From a virus (Duplodnaviria; Heunggongvirae; Uroviricota; Caudoviricetes): a stretch of DNA of 64,000 nucleotides. This document shows, piece by piece, positions 40,545 through 50,669 of the stretch. The notes below the pieces were generated by a model, which did no database searches, was not told the origin of the DNA, and saw only the letters and a list, made by a program, of their open reading frames with translations. Position 1 is the first letter of the stretch. Each line of letters opens with the position of its first letter. The stretch is from the IMG/VR virus record IMGVR_UViG_2877962823_000010. One strand, 5' to 3'. The translations under genes were made by a program, and so were the position numbers.

Positions 40545-40818
40545 AATGACGCCCTCTGGTGGTTTCTTAATAACTCACCACCGACGACGCCAATCGTCTG
40601 GTGGTGAACTGTGCAGGGTTGGCGTAACCGGGAAACCGACCGGCGCGGATCTCTCCGCCCCCACACAGCCCACCATAATTCAGATGTGCGCGTGCATACG
40701 ACAATAAAAAACACGCTCGCGGCGTGTATCTGTCGCGGTCTCTATCCAGGACGCCAATCCCGACGCCAGATTTTGCTGGCGCGTGAGGAATATAGCCCCG
40801 AATAAATCATCGCGTCAA

Positions 40819-41001
40819 TCACCTTGTTTTCCTCGCACGATGTCTTAGCCACCGGATATCCCACAGGTGAGCCGTGTAATTGAAGGTTTTTACGTCAGAT
40901 TCTTTTGGGATTGGCTTGCGTTTATTTCTGGAGCGTTTCGTTGGAAGGTATTTGCAGTTTTCGCAGATGATGTCGGTGATACTTCGTCGCTGTCGCCTCA
41001 T
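40819..41001 (-). CDS. ninE: NinE-like protein
   Basis: 60 aa [27 protein letters not shown]... Confidence 0.55.
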   Translation of the reverse strand: MRRQRRSITDIICENCKYLPTKRSRNKRKPIPKESDVKTFNYTAHLWDIRWLRHRARKTR

Positions 41002-41525
41002 GCCGCCCTCCTGACGCCCTGCCCGATCGCCATCAATGCCGCTTTGGATACAGTAGTAAACATTCGTCGAGGACTGATGAACGGTCGCCAAATCAGCAGC
41101 ATGGAGCCTTTGCTGTTTCCCTTCTTCTCCAGCCCTGTCGATGGTTCGATAAAATTAATCCGTCCATCAGTGATGATGCGAACTTCGTCAACACTCTCCA
41201 GAGCCTTGCTGAACCATCCGACTGACATATCCTCTGGCACAAGCATAACTACCGTCTGTCGCTGTTGTATGCACTGCTCAGCGGCTTTTTCCACCCACGG
41301 CCTGATATTGCTGTACGGTGGGTTATTCCAGATTGCACCGTGGCTTACCCACTCAGAATTGAGCGCGTCGTCGGCCTCAGTTAGCCAGTGAGCGCACAGA
41401 GCATTTTTGTCGCTCGCTGCCGAATCCAGCCAGAATCCAAACTCAATATCCAGTGCATCAAAAAGCCAAAGCGGCGTTTGCCAGCAGTCCTTGTCGTGTG
41501 CTGGCGTATTTGATTTGATAGTCAT
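40998..41525 (-). CDS. Phage DNA N6-adenine methyltransferase (Dam-like)
   Basis: 175 aa; [10 protein letters not shown] and NPPY motifs. Confidence 0.7.
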   Translation of the reverse strand: MTIKSNTPAHDKDCWQTPLWLFDALDIEFGFWLDSAASDKNALCAHWLTEADDALNSEWVSHGAIWNNPPYSNIRPWVEKAAEQCIQQRQTVVMLVPEDMSVGWFSKALESVDEVRIITDGRINFIEPSTGLEKKGNSKGSMLLIWRPFISPRRMFTTVSKAALMAIGQGVRRAA

Positions 41526-41968
41526 GCAGCCCTACCTTTTCGTTGTGACCATTCATACTCTCGCCGGGAGTCATCACTCCACCGCACGTTGCGCTCTGAG
41601 CCGAACCAGAACATGATTTCGATAAGCTCAGTCATGCTGGCCTTCCGCATTTTGCTGGTACGCACGCCAAGCATGACAACGCCACCGTCGATACCAGGCA
41701 CACTTCGTTGCTCCAGTTTTTTGGTCTTAAGCCACAGGGCAGTGAACAGGTCTTTCCAGTCTTCCGGCGCCAGCCGTTGACCATGCCATAGCACCTGACG
41801 CGAAACATCGTTCAGCATCGGCCACATACGGTCATTCTGCGCTTTGCTGCGCTTGGGTTCTTTAACGTGGACTTCGTGGGGTGACTTGTCGTCGATGGGT
41901 AGTGAGAGAATGGCGTCTATGGCGTTATTTCTGATTGCTTCGTTGCGAAGCAGAAAGGTTTGCTTCAT
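41522..41968 (-). CDS. ninB: NinB recombination protein
   Basis: Start at MKQTF; NinB-like motifs. Confidence 0.7.
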   Translation of the reverse strand: MKQTFLLRNEAIRNNAIDAILSLPIDDKSPHEVHVKEPKRSKAQNDRMWPMLNDVSRQVLWHGQRLAPEDWKDLFTALWLKTKKLEQRSVPGIDGGVVMLGVRTSKMRKASMTELIEIMFWFGSERNVRWSDDSRREYEWSQRKGRAA

Positions 41969-42167
41969 CTCCTGCTCTCCGGTTCCATTTTTCAGCCGCC
42001 GCAGCAACTGATGGTGCCCATGCCCCCCTGGCTTCACAGAGGTCACATTCTGCATAGCCCCACACATCAATATTTATTCCGGCCTCAACCCACAGACGAG
42101 CATTACCGCCGCAAAACGGACATTCTTTTAGCTTTGGCTGGGTTAATGATAGGTCGCTCATGCTCAC
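41925..42167 (-). CDS. Lar-family restriction alleviation protein
   Basis: 80 aa with CPFCGG zinc ribbon. Confidence 0.6.
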   Translation of the reverse strand: MSMSDLSLTQPKLKECPFCGGNARLWVEAGINIDVWGYAECDLCEARGAWAPSVAAAAEKWNRRAGDEANLSASQRSNQK

Positions 42168-42171
42168 TCCT

Positions 42172-42387
42172 TCACTTTAAATCCAGACTCCGGATAATTC
42201 TGTTGCGCTGAAACTCATTGTTGAGTTTGAACAACCGTCGAAGAACACGGTCACGCGGATAGCGTCGTGCGGCAGGTGAATGCTCATACAACTCATCAAG
42301 CGGCAAACTGGACGATGAACGATACCGATACCAACGCACCAACTCTTCACGAAAATTAGCCCTGACAAGCTCAGCTATCGTACTCAT
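42172..42387 (-). CDS. Hypothetical protein
   Basis: 71-aa ORF in nin region. Confidence 0.4.
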   Translation of the reverse strand: MSTIAELVRANFREELVRWYRYRSSSSLPLDELYEHSPAARRYPRDRVLRRLFKLNNEFQRNRIIRSLDLK

Positions 42388-42519
42388 TTCTTAAAACCTC
42401 CTCAAACACATTCTGACGCATTTTTCATTCTCGCTGCTTATTGGCATGCCTTGCACGCGTTTACCTCGCTACAGAGCGATTGTGATGCCTTAAAAGCGAT
42501 TTATTGAAGTGATATTTGC

Positions 42520-42813
42520 TTAATCGAAATTCTTTTCTTTGATTCCTGCGGCCCTGATGGCTTTCATTACTGCAATTACCGTTTTGTCACGCCCATCCTC
42601 ATAACCCATCGCATAAGCACCTTCTTCACCATCTTTCCAAAAGTCGTCATTCGATTCGGGCCAGTCGATATCCAGTTCAATAGCAGAGCGCGATGCCTGC
42701 CATATCACCCAGGCAAACTCTTTTAATTCATCGTCTCCCGTGAACTGGCTTTTGTCTTTTGACCACCAGTTTTCAAACTGTCGGTAGCTATCGTTCACTT
42801 CCCTCTCCCCCAA
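42520..42813 (-). CDS. Hypothetical protein
   Basis: 97-aa ORF. Confidence 0.4.
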   Translation of the reverse strand: MGEREVNDSYRQFENWWSKDKSQFTGDDELKEFAWVIWQASRSAIELDIDWPESNDDFWKDGEEGAYAMGYEDGRDKTVIAVMKAIRAAGIKEKNFD

Positions 42814-42868
42814 ATAAAAAGGCCTGCGATTACCAGCAGGCCTGTTATTAGCTCAGTGATGTAGATGG

Positions 42869-43138
42869 TCATTGCTTCATCTCCCTTTCCATTTCATCAA
42901 TGTCAACGTCATCAGGAAGATGGGAGCAATACGCCGCTATACCATGATGATTTATCTCATACCCTTTAAACGTTACCATCTGGCGCGTAATCTCAATTTC
43001 GTTCAGGAATCCGCCATCGCATAACTGCCTGGCTATTTTCGATTTGGTCTGGATTATTGGTAGTGCCTGTTCTTTCAAAGCGTATGATATTTGTGCATCC
43101 CATGCCTTTTCGAGAATGGCTAATTGTTTTTTATTCAT
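42869..43138 (-). CDS. Hypothetical protein
   Basis: 89-aa ORF coupled to helicase stop. Confidence 0.4.
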   Translation of the reverse strand: MNKKQLAILEKAWDAQISYALKEQALPIIQTKSKIARQLCDGGFLNEIEITRQMVTFKGYEINHHGIAAYCSHLPDDVDIDEMEREMKQ

Positions 43139-44574
43139 CAGAATCCTCCTTTCTTCTTGGACTGCGGTTCCTCGCGTTCACGTCGGCGCATTTCAGCAGA
43201 CTGTTGGTCTGTGTCATAAATAGCGCCATTTGCCTGAATGCAATACACCGTGCCGGTATTGCCATGACGATTGAGACGAAGGATTAGTTCGGTTTCACCA
43301 GGTGGAACACTGTCATCAAAAGCACCTTCACGATGGATCCCCACCCAATAATCGCAATCCTGTTCAATCTGCCCTGTATCTCGTGAGTCACTTGGTAGTG
43401 GGCGTTTATTGGTTCGGCTTTCCAGTGCGCGGTTAAGCTGCGTCAGAAGCACAACAACGCAATCAAGCTCTTTGGCAAGGTTCTTCAGTCCTTTGGTGAT
43501 CATGCCGTAAGCAAGGTCGTTGCGATCGGCCTTCTCAGCGGTCATTAGTGTCAGGTAATCGACCAGAATCATGCCAACGCATCCTTTTTCTCGTTTGATT
43601 CGACGGCTTTCGCTGACGATTTGAGCCAGAGATAATCCCGGCGTGTCGTCGATGTAAAGCAGGTCGATTTCACTCAAGCGATTAGCTGTTTCGATCGCCC
43701 TGTTGAAGTCACCATCGTAATCACCCTGATAGCCGTCATCGGCGTCATTTGTCGCCGGAAGGTAAAAAATATTCGGGTTAACACCTGACTTCTGTCCTAC
43801 CAGTTTTTCCAGTATCTGATCACCTGGCATTTCAAGGCTGAACATCAGAGCGGGCTTTTTCTCATGCACTGCGCAATTGATTGCCATCTGGCTGTATAGC
43901 GTCGTTTTCCCCATCTTAGGGCGAGCGCCAATGACAAACAGAGAGCCTTTCACCAGACCTTTCGGTGACAGCATCCTGTCCAGCGATGGGATCCCTGTGC
44001 TCATTCCTCGTTGTTCGCCTGACGGGTCAAATCGCTTCTCAAGGTCGCTAACCCAGTCTTCCATGACCTCGCCAAATGAGCGAAGGCCGCGACGCGATCC
44101 GGTTTTTGCATGGTCTGTCAGTTGCGTGAAAATCGCCTGAATAGCTTCGTACTTCTGCGTTGCAGTCATTCCGTTGCGGGAATAGAGCAATTCCGTCGCT
44201 TCAGTCATGCGGTTGATGGCGTAGCGTTCCATTGCGGTTTCACGAACCTGCATTGCATAGGCAACGATGTTTGCTGCGCTTGGCGTGTTCTTTGCGATCT
44301 CAGCGATATAAGCAAAACCGCCAACAGACGCCGTTAACGATTTACGCTCCAGTTCATCGAAAAGCGTCAGGCCATCTACTGGCTTTTGCTCCCGGTGCAT
44401 TCTGGTTATTTCTTCGAAAATGATTTTGTGTGGTCGGCTGTAAAATGAATCAGGCTTCAGCATCGCCAGAACTTTCTGGACGCGCTCACTGCTGTCATCA
44501 TCCAGAAGCAATCCACCAATCACCGCCTGCTCTGCCTCGATGCTATGGGGCGGCGCATAAAAATTATCGGTCAT
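43138..44574 (-). CDS. Replicative DNA helicase, DnaB family
   Basis: Walker A GARPKMGKT and DnaB N-terminal domain. Confidence 0.85.
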   Translation of the reverse strand: MTDNFYAPPHSIEAEQAVIGGLLLDDDSSERVQKVLAMLKPDSFYSRPHKIIFEEITRMHREQKPVDGLTLFDELERKSLTASVGGFAYIAEIAKNTPSAANIVAYAMQVRETAMERYAINRMTEATELLYSRNGMTATQKYEAIQAIFTQLTDHAKTGSRRGLRSFGEVMEDWVSDLEKRFDPSGEQRGMSTGIPSLDRMLSPKGLVKGSLFVIGARPKMGKTTLYSQMAINCAVHEKKPALMFSLEMPGDQILEKLVGQKSGVNPNIFYLPATNDADDGYQGDYDGDFNRAIETANRLSEIDLLYIDDTPGLSLAQIVSESRRIKREKGCVGMILVDYLTLMTAEKADRNDLAYGMITKGLKNLAKELDCVVVLLTQLNRALESRTNKRPLPSDSRDTGQIEQDCDYWVGIHREGAFDDSVPPGETELILRLNRHGNTGTVYCIQANGAIYDTDQQSAEMRRREREEPQSKKKGGF

Positions 44575-45463
44575 CGTGTTCACCCTCACGAACTTTCAGG
44601 TAGGTATTATCGTTAAGCAGGAAATCAAATCCCTTTTTGTGCCAGACGGTTCCGCGCTGATGGTTTGGGCGCTCTTCGAACATCCATCGGCAATTTTCGC
44701 CTACGTAGCTCAAATAATTTCTCCAGTCCTGCATCGTGAACCCATGCCCGTCAAGCTGGCGGGTTATCACTCCGGCTTTGCGCCAGAACGTTCGGATCTG
44801 GTTTTTACGCTTGTCATTCAGTGCGCGGATTTTTGGCGCTTCAGGAAGGATTTCGTGGTAAGCATCGACAACATCCTGACAGCTAACGGAAGGTTTTTTC
44901 TTGTCAGACTTTTTGTCTGCTGTGGCACTCTCTAATACGTCAGTATTAGAGATAATATTATTATATTCTTTATCTGTGGTAATTTGCTGGTAATCTGCTG
45001 GTACAGTATTGCTTGCAGGCATTGGTATTGCTGGCTTTGAGGTGGTAATTTGCTGGTAATCTGCTGGTACAAAATTTGACTGATAATCGTCATATTTCTC
45101 TACCGAGAAAACTGAGAATTTACCGTGTGAAACCCAGTCAATCATGCCGAGTTTTTTGAACTTTCTAAGCAGGTACTGAACGCGATCTGGTTTGAGTCCT
45201 GTTTCAAACGCCAGAGAGTTTCTACCGCCAAGTAGCTTCCCTCTGCCTACCAGAATTTCTCCTGCGTCAGTCATTACATACTCAGGCGTATGCTTTGCTT
45301 TGAGGATTAAGTGAACCCACAGATGCGCAGCTTCTGCGTCCTTGTAAAACGGCACATCCATAATTTTACGGTGCAGCAAGGCATACCCCTTACCGCTGCT
45401 TTGATGCGGTTGTTGTAGCCTTCTTGCCTCTCTGGCTTCGGCTAGATTAGATATGTTACTCAT
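44564..45463 (-). CDS. Replication initiation protein (lambda O-like)
   Basis: 299 aa; internal duplicated [10 protein letters not shown] linker coinciding with DNA iterons. Confidence 0.6.
   Translation of the reverse strand: MSNISNLAEAREARRLQQPHQSSGKGYALLHRKIMDVPFYKDAEAAHLWVHLILKAKHTPEYVMTDAGEILVGRGKLLGGRNSLAFETGLKPDRVQYLLRKFKKLGMIDWVSHGKFSVFSVEKYDDYQSNFVPADYQQITTSKPAIPMPASNTVPADYQQITTDKEYNNIISNTDVLESATADKKSDKKKPSVSCQDVVDAYHEILPEAPKIRALNDKRKNQIRTFWRKAGVITRQLDGHGFTMQDWRNYLSYVGENCRWMFEERPNHQRGTVWHKKGFDFLLNDNTYLKVREGEHDDR
44935..45075. repeat. Candidate origin of replication: iterons plus AT-rich tract
   Basis: ggtaatttgctggtaatctgctggtaca occurs twice (44978, 45044) with further tgctgg motifs; AT-rich 44940-44975. 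Confidence 0.5.
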
Positions 45464-45602
45464 GACCTTTCTCCTTCTGCATCAGCTTCACTTTTTCCAA
45501 CTCAGCCCGGAATCGACCAGGCTGCTTGAAGCTGGACAGGAAGCGATCACGTAGTATGTGTTTGTGAATTTTGTCCTGGTAAGGACTGAGTTGTTTTGTC
45601 AT
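45456..45602 (-). CDS. Small hypothetical protein (48 aa)
   Basis: Manually found ORF between cII and O-like gene. Confidence 0.25.
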   Translation of the reverse strand: MTKQLSPYQDKIHKHILRDRFLSSFKQPGRFRAELEKVKLMQKEKGHE

Positions 45603-45634
45603 AATTACTCCTGTGGATTGATCCAGTAATTCCC

Positions 45635-45931
45635 TCAGAATTGCATATCAATTTGCTTAAAATCCTCGGTGGCGGCCGGGGATTTTTTCTTTGTGATTTC
45701 ATCAAGCGCATACTTAAAAGCCCTGCTAATCGGACTGATGTCTGATGCCATTCCGAAAGCACACAAGACCGAAGCAATAAATCTCCAGTCCGTTCTGCTT
45801 ATCTTCGATTCATGACAGCCAATCATCTTTGCCAGACCGCGCTGGGTAAGCGTTGACAGGTTGATGAGTAAATCAGTTTCAGCGCGATCAATTTCTCGCT
45901 GTGATAGTTTGCTGTAACTTGTTTGTTCCAT
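45635..45931 (-). CDS. cII: CII-like transcriptional activator
   Basis: C-terminus [17 protein letters not shown] resembles lambda CII KKRPAATERSEQIQMEF; HTH in the middle. Confidence 0.65.
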   Translation of the reverse strand: MEQTSYSKLSQREIDRAETDLLINLSTLTQRGLAKMIGCHESKISRTDWRFIASVLCAFGMASDISPISRAFKYALDEITKKKSPAATEDFKQIDMQF

Positions 45932-46017
45932 TTCTTAAGATTTCCAATAGTGAATAGCTAGTTGAAAGGTATGCGTGGAAACGCATATGGCCTTAGTTGG
46001 TCAGATATCTTGGGACT

Positions 46018-46062
46018 CGCTTTTCAGCGACGTAGGACGAATGTCCGTTGTTACAAAGAGCG
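46018..46062 (-). promoter_or_regulatory. nutR candidate (boxA cgctctttgtaa; boxB cgctgaaaagcg)
   Basis: Minus-strand boxA-like motif and GAAAA-loop hairpin just downstream of cro. Confidence 0.4.
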
Positions 46063-46072
46063 GCTCCGCTTA

Positions 46073-46288
46073 TTAAGCGGCTTTGTGCTCCGGCGGGAAC
46101 ACGTCATCAAGACTTACTTTTGCGCCTAACTTGTTTAGACACGCAACAAGAGCACGGCATGTTTTAAGGTCTGGGAAGCGACGACCAGATTCCCAATGTC
46201 CGATAGCTCCCTGTGTGCATCCAACTGCCTTAGCAAGTGTTGTTTGAGAGATATTCAGTGACTCTCGATATTTTCGTAGGTTGCTCAT
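46073..46288 (-). CDS. cro: Cro-like HTH repressor
   Basis: 71 aa from MSNLRKY with ggaggg SD; divergent from cI. Confidence 0.7.
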   Translation of the reverse strand: MSNLRKYRESLNISQTTLAKAVGCTQGAIGHWESGRRFPDLKTCRALVACLNKLGAKVSLDDVFPPEHKAA

Positions 46289-46399
46289 ATGCCCTCCATA
46301 GTAACCACGAATAAAAAAATACAATATGTACTTCTCAAATACAAGTAAAAATACACATTGTGCATGGATGGTTCCAGTACAGAGCGTAATAATAAGGAC
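46289..46399. promoter_or_regulatory. Divergent PR/PRM promoter-operator region
   Basis: AT-rich intergenic region; agtacatat motif shared with pL region. Confidence 0.45.
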
Positions 46400-47059
46400 A
46401 TGAAAATGAAATGGTATGAACTGGCTAGATCCAGAATGAAAGAGCTCGGCATAACTCAAGAGAAGTTAGCCGAAGAGCTAGGTATGACGCAGGGTGGAAT
46501 TGGACACTGGTTGCGCGGATCTCGTCATCCATCTCTTAGTGATATTGGTGTGGTGTTTAAATACCTTGGTATTGATAACATATCATTCAACCACGACGGG
46601 ACATTTTCACCTGTTGGCGAATACTCATCGGCCCCAGTTAAAAAACAATATGAGTACCCTGTTTTTTCTCATGTTCAGGCTGGGATGTTCTCTCCAGAAC
46701 TCAGAACCTTTACCAAAGGTGATGCGGAGAGATTGGTAAGCACAACCAAAAAAGCCAGTGACTCTGCATTCTGGCTTGAGGTTGAAGGTAACTCAATGAC
46801 CGCACCAACAGGTTCCAAACCTAGTTTTCCTGACGGGATGTTAATTCTGGTTGACCCTGAGCAAGCTGTTGAGCCCGGCGATTTCTGCATAGCCAGACTT
46901 GGTGGTGATGAATTTACCTTCAAGAAACTGATCAGGGATAGCGGTCAGGTGTTTCTACAACCACTAAACCCGCAATATCCAATGATCCCATGCAATGAGA
47001 GTTGTTCCGTTGTGGGGAAAGTTATCGCCAGCCAATGGCCTGAAGAGACGTTTGGGTAA
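46400..47059 (+). CDS. cI: CI repressor (lambda-type S24 C-terminal domain, distinct N-terminal HTH)
   Basis: C-terminal ~130 aa match lambda CI ([51 protein letters not shown]...); N-terminal domain differs. Confidence 0.9.
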   Translation: MKMKWYELARSRMKELGITQEKLAEELGMTQGGIGHWLRGSRHPSLSDIGVVFKYLGIDNISFNHDGTFSPVGEYSSAPVKKQYEYPVFSHVQAGMFSPELRTFTKGDAERLVSTTKKASDSAFWLEVEGNSMTAPTGSKPSFPDGMLILVDPEQAVEPGDFCIARLGGDEFTFKKLIRDSGQVFLQPLNPQYPMIPCNESCSVVGKVIASQWPEETFG

Positions 47060-47560
47060 AGAGGATAGATGGAGTTTAATGGCCATGAGTATCAAGCGGT
47101 CAAAAAGAAGTTCATCTATTCATTGAAAGCATAAGGCCATCTGAGTATATCCGTAATGATCTGGATATTGTCTATAACATCAATGACCGGACGATAGATA
47201 TCGGTGAGCAGCGTCCTGTATGGCAGGGTGAGGCAGGTGAAAAAACGTCCTGCCATCAACAAGAATCAAGTGCATCCGCTCTCTGGACAGATGGAAAATT
47301 TATTGGATGCAAAAAGATATGAAATAACACCTGTATAGCACGGAGCTTTCTCTGACCGATGCACTTGAAGTTGTTAGGGCTGACCCAGCCTGCTGTTTCT
47401 TTAGGTAAGAGAAAAGAGATTTAGGAGATGAAAGGTCGCAGAGGTGCGGCCTTTTTTATTGAGAGTGGATCTTGAACGGAAATTCTCAAGACTTGAGTCT
47501 TGCATGCAAATCAATTCCTGGATAAACTCGATCTGAGTCAATAACTTAGAGAGAGAGCAA

Positions 47561-48082
47561 ATGGCAAAGTCAAACGTTAGCGTGCAGGCATTCAAGGACT
47601 TCCTTGAAGAGCTTATGTCGCTGAACATAATGAAGGAGGCCACCGCTCGAAATTTAAAAAACTCATCCGCTCGCCTCTTAACGGTAGTCCAAGAAGAGGA
47701 AATGGGTGATGTTACTCAGCTTGATGTGAATGAGCTTGCCGAGCGATACATCAACGCAACTGAGCCGAAGCCTAGCGACAGCAGCATTACTGCATATAAA
47801 AGCCGCATGGAAAGTGCAATCAAAAAGTTTGTAGCTTTCCAGTCTGGTGAAGAAATCCCATACACTCCGATTGACAAAGAATCCAGTGAGGAAAAAGATT
47901 TGACTGGCGAACCAACAAAAGTCGAAGGCAAGGCTAATGCACTTCATACCTATGATCTTCCAGTAGTTCTTCGACCTGAATCAGGGGTTACAGTAACGAT
48001 TAAAGGCATTCCTAACGATATCACAAACGAAGAAGCCGAACGCATCTCTTCAATTCTGAAGGTTTACGTTCGGCCTCAATAA
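47561..48082 (+). CDS. Hypothetical protein at the rexAB-equivalent position
   Basis: 173-aa ORF downstream of cI, upstream of a t_imm-like terminator and pL. Confidence 0.5.
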   Translation: MAKSNVSVQAFKDFLEELMSLNIMKEATARNLKNSSARLLTVVQEEEMGDVTQLDVNELAERYINATEPKPSDSSITAYKSRMESAIKKFVAFQSGEEIPYTPIDKESSEEKDLTGEPTKVEGKANALHTYDLPVVLRPESGVTVTIKGIPNDITNEEAERISSILKVYVRPQ

Positions 48083-48255
48083 TGCAAAAGCATTCAGCAC
48101 AATGTCCAACTCCCCAGTCCGACATTGATGCTGTTTAACCAGAGCCTCCAAAAGGAGCCCTTGTTAAGGTACACAATATTTGCGATGTAACCTTAGCGCG
48201 TCTGGTACATTTTTTCAAGCGGTTGTAGGGCTGCCGCCAATATGAGAAAACACAG

Positions 48256-48378
48256 ATGTCTACATACAATTTGAATGACCAATTCGATCGAGAAGTTCAT
48301 GTGAATGCCTATGAACGGATAAGGCATGGAAATCTTGAACATGTGTGTGAGCATTATCGCTCAAGGCCACACCGCTAA
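48256..48378 (+). CDS. Small ORF (40 aa) before terminator
   Basis: Manually found ORF MSTYNLNDQFDREVHVNAYERIRHGNLEHVCEHYRSRPHR. Confidence 0.2.
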   Translation: MSTYNLNDQFDREVHVNAYERIRHGNLEHVCEHYRSRPHR

Positions 48379-48383
48379 TCATC

Positions 48384-48412
48384 AACCCGGCCTCCATGCC
48401 GGGTTTTCTTTT
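48384..48412 (+). terminator. Rho-independent terminator (t_imm analogue)
   Basis: aacccggc-ctccat-gccgggtt hairpin followed by ttctttt. Confidence 0.55.
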
Positions 48413-48592
48413 CCTCTCGCCCAAAAAAACACATAACCAATTGTATTTATTGGAAAATAAATAGATACAACTCACTAAACAACGCAATTCTGATCTCTCC
48501 TTACATCGCCGAGGCAATACACCCACGCTAAAAAACAATACTATTAAATACAAAGCGTTGTAAAAAAACGCCCCGTTTTAGAACAAATTGTA

Positions 48593-48621
48593 TTGACCAA
48601 GTGAAGTACATATCGTACTAT
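48593..48621 (+). promoter_or_regulatory. pL candidate promoter with overlapping operator-like palindrome
   Basis: TTGACC, 17-bp spacer, TACTAT; spacer contains agtacatatcgtact. Confidence 0.45.
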
Positions 48622-48667
48622 TTAACCATCAGCAGGACGCTGGAAGCCAAATGGAACAGACTGGCAG

Positions 48668-48712
48668 GCTCTTTAAACAACGTCGACTCTCGACTACGTG
48701 GCTGAAAAGCCA
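48668..48712 (+). promoter_or_regulatory. nutL candidate (boxA gctctttaaa; boxB tggctgaaaagcca)
   Basis: boxA-like motif then GAAAA-loop hairpin about 100 bp upstream of N. Confidence 0.5.
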
Positions 48713-48810
48713 GATCACCCAACCACATAAGCTGTGGGATGCAATGCCGAAGCAACCGTCTCAGGAGGAGCTTCGAGATTGCATCGCCAAAGTTTATTCG
48801 GGAGGAATCT

Positions 48811-49083
48811 ATGTCCAGAAAAACAGAATTTAAAGGCACCGCAGCTTCTCGCCGTAGAGCTCGTCGCGCAAACCTGCAAAGTCAGGAGGCGATTAGCTCC
48901 GACAAACTACACAGGCCAACCCCATCACGAGTGGTCTTACAATGCAAACGCAAACCAGCAATGAGAGCAGAAGTAATAACACTGACAACGTTGACCAGAA
49001 AATATGAAGGCTCAACTTGTCTTCCAAATGTAGCTCTTTACGCGGCAGGCTACCGTAAATCCAAACAACTGACAGCAAGATGA
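48811..49083 (+). CDS. N: N-like antitermination protein
   Basis: 90 aa with N-terminal arginine-rich motif TAASRRRARRANLQ; gggagg SD; downstream of nutL. Confidence 0.6.
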   Translation: MSRKTEFKGTAASRRRARRANLQSQEAISSDKLHRPTPSRVVLQCKRKPAMRAEVITLTTLTRKYEGSTCLPNVALYAAGYRKSKQLTAR

Positions 49084-49141
49084 CTTGTGTTGGTCGCCAG
49101 AAAATGAAATTAGGCAGCAAACCACTTATTTGAGGTGATAT

Positions 49142-49393
49142 ATGGAATTTCATGAAAGTGCGATTTGTGATTTTCGCGCTAACGCAAATTCAGTAAAACC
49201 ACAGCCAATTGCAGTTCTTTTTAAAACAATGGGTGCGTGGGCTGTTTTATGCTTCGCCGCTGACGACACTGACGCAAGAATGGCAATAGGACAAGAGATG
49301 GAGATGGACCCGACAAACGATGAATTCATAATTTATGGCGCTCCATCTAATTACTTACTTGATACCTGCAACATTTACAACAAGGCTGCCTGA
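49142..49393 (+). CDS. Hypothetical early protein
   Basis: 83-aa ORF in pL operon. Confidence 0.4.
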   Translation: MEFHESAICDFRANANSVKPQPIAVLFKTMGAWAVLCFAADDTDARMAIGQEMEMDPTNDEFIIYGAPSNYLLDTCNIYNKAA

Positions 49394-49575
49394 TGGTGGC
49401 CTTTATTTTTGGCATAAACAACAGAATAAACACAGCACTGTGTATTCATTCCAACGAGTGAATACACGGAGCAATGTCGCTCGTAACTAAACAGGAGCCG
49501 ACTTGTTCTGATTATTGGAAATCTTCTTTGCCCTCCAATGTGAGGGCGATTTTTTATCTGTGAGGATATGAACAG

Positions 49576-49944
49576 ATGTCAAACATCAAAAAATACATCA
49601 TTGATTACGACTGGAAAGCATCAATAGAAATTGAAATCGACCATGACGTAATGACAGAGGAAAAACTTCACCAGATTAATAATTTCTGGTCAGACTCTGA
49701 ATACCGACTCAATAAACACGGCTCTTTATTAAATGCTGTATTAATCATGCTGGCGCAACATGCTCTGCTTATAGCAATTTCAAGCGACTTAAATGCATAT
49801 GGTGTTGTGTGTGAGTTCGACTGGAATGATGGAAATGGTCAGGAAGGATGGCCTCCAATGGATGGTAGCGAAGGAATAAGAATTACCGATATCGATACAT
49901 CAGGAATATTTGATTCAGATGATATGACTATCAAAGCCGCCTGA
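49576..49944 (+). CDS. ea10: Ea10-like protein
   Basis: 122 aa; position and recalled similarity to lambda Ea10. Confidence 0.5.
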   Translation: MSNIKKYIIDYDWKASIEIEIDHDVMTEEKLHQINNFWSDSEYRLNKHGSLLNAVLIMLAQHALLIAISSDLNAYGVVCEFDWNDGNGQEGWPPMDGSEGIRITDIDTSGIFDSDDMTIKAA

Positions 49945-50016
49945 GCGCGGCGTTACCGCATACCAATAACGCTTCACTCGAGGCGTTTTTCGTTATGTAT
50001 AAATAAGGAGCACACC

Positions 50017-50181
50017 ATGCAATATGCCATTGCAGGGTGGCCTGTTGCTGGCTGCCCTTCCGAATCTTTACTTGAACGAATCACCCGTAAATTACGTGAC
50101 GGATGGAAACGCCTTATCGACATACTTAATCAGCCAGGAGTCCCAAAAAATGGATCAAACACTTATGGCTATCCAGACTAA
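50017..50181 (+). CDS. cIII: CIII protease inhibitor
   Basis: 54 aa [54 protein letters not shown], lambda CIII-like. Confidence 0.85.
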   Translation: MQYAIAGWPVAGCPSESLLERITRKLRDGWKRLIDILNQPGVPKNGSNTYGYPD

Positions 50182-50293
50182 ATTCACTATCGCCACTTTT
50201 ATTGGCGATGAAAAGATGTTTCGTGAGGCCGTCGACGCTTATAAAAAATGGATATTAATACTGAAACTGAGATCAAGCAAAAGCATTCACTAA
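50150..50293 (+). CDS. kil: Kil host-killing protein
   Basis: 47 aa [47 protein letters not shown]; overlaps cIII end. Confidence 0.75.
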   Translation: MDQTLMAIQTKFTIATFIGDEKMFREAVDAYKKWILILKLRSSKSIH

Positions 50294-50664
50294 CCCCCTT
50301 TCCTGTTTTCCTAATCAGCCCGGCATTTCGCGGGCGATATTTTCACAGCTATTTCAGGAGTTCAGCCATGAACGCTTATTACATTCAGGATCGTCTTGAG
50401 GCTCAGAGCTGGACGCGTCACTACCAGCAGATCGCCCGTGAAGAGAAAGAGGCAGAACTGGCAGACGACATGGGAAAAGGTCTGCCCCAGCACCTGTTTG
50501 AATCACTCTGCATCGATCATTTGCAACGCCACGGGGCCAGCAAAAAAGCCATTACCCGTGCGTTTGATGACGATGTTGAGTTTCAGGAGCGCATGGCAGA
50601 ACACATCCGGTACATGGTTGAAACCATTGCTCACCACCAGGTTGATATTGATTCAGAGGTATAA
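50248..50664 (+). CDS. gam: Gam RecBCD inhibitor
   Basis: 138 aa essentially lambda Gam ([12 protein letters not shown]...[15 protein letters not shown]...). Confidence 0.9.
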   Translation: MDINTETEIKQKHSLTPFPVFLISPAFRGRYFHSYFRSSAMNAYYIQDRLEAQSWTRHYQQIAREEKEAELADDMGKGLPQHLFESLCIDHLQRHGASKKAITRAFDDDVEFQERMAEHIRYMVETIAHHQVDIDSEV

Positions 50665-50669
50665 AGCGG

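Noticed and set aside
37900-40600. Searched for stx A/B subunits, Q and tRNA genes at the expected position
   Set aside because: No ORF with Stx-like or Q-like features and no convincing cloverleaf found by eye; absence is provisional without a proper search.
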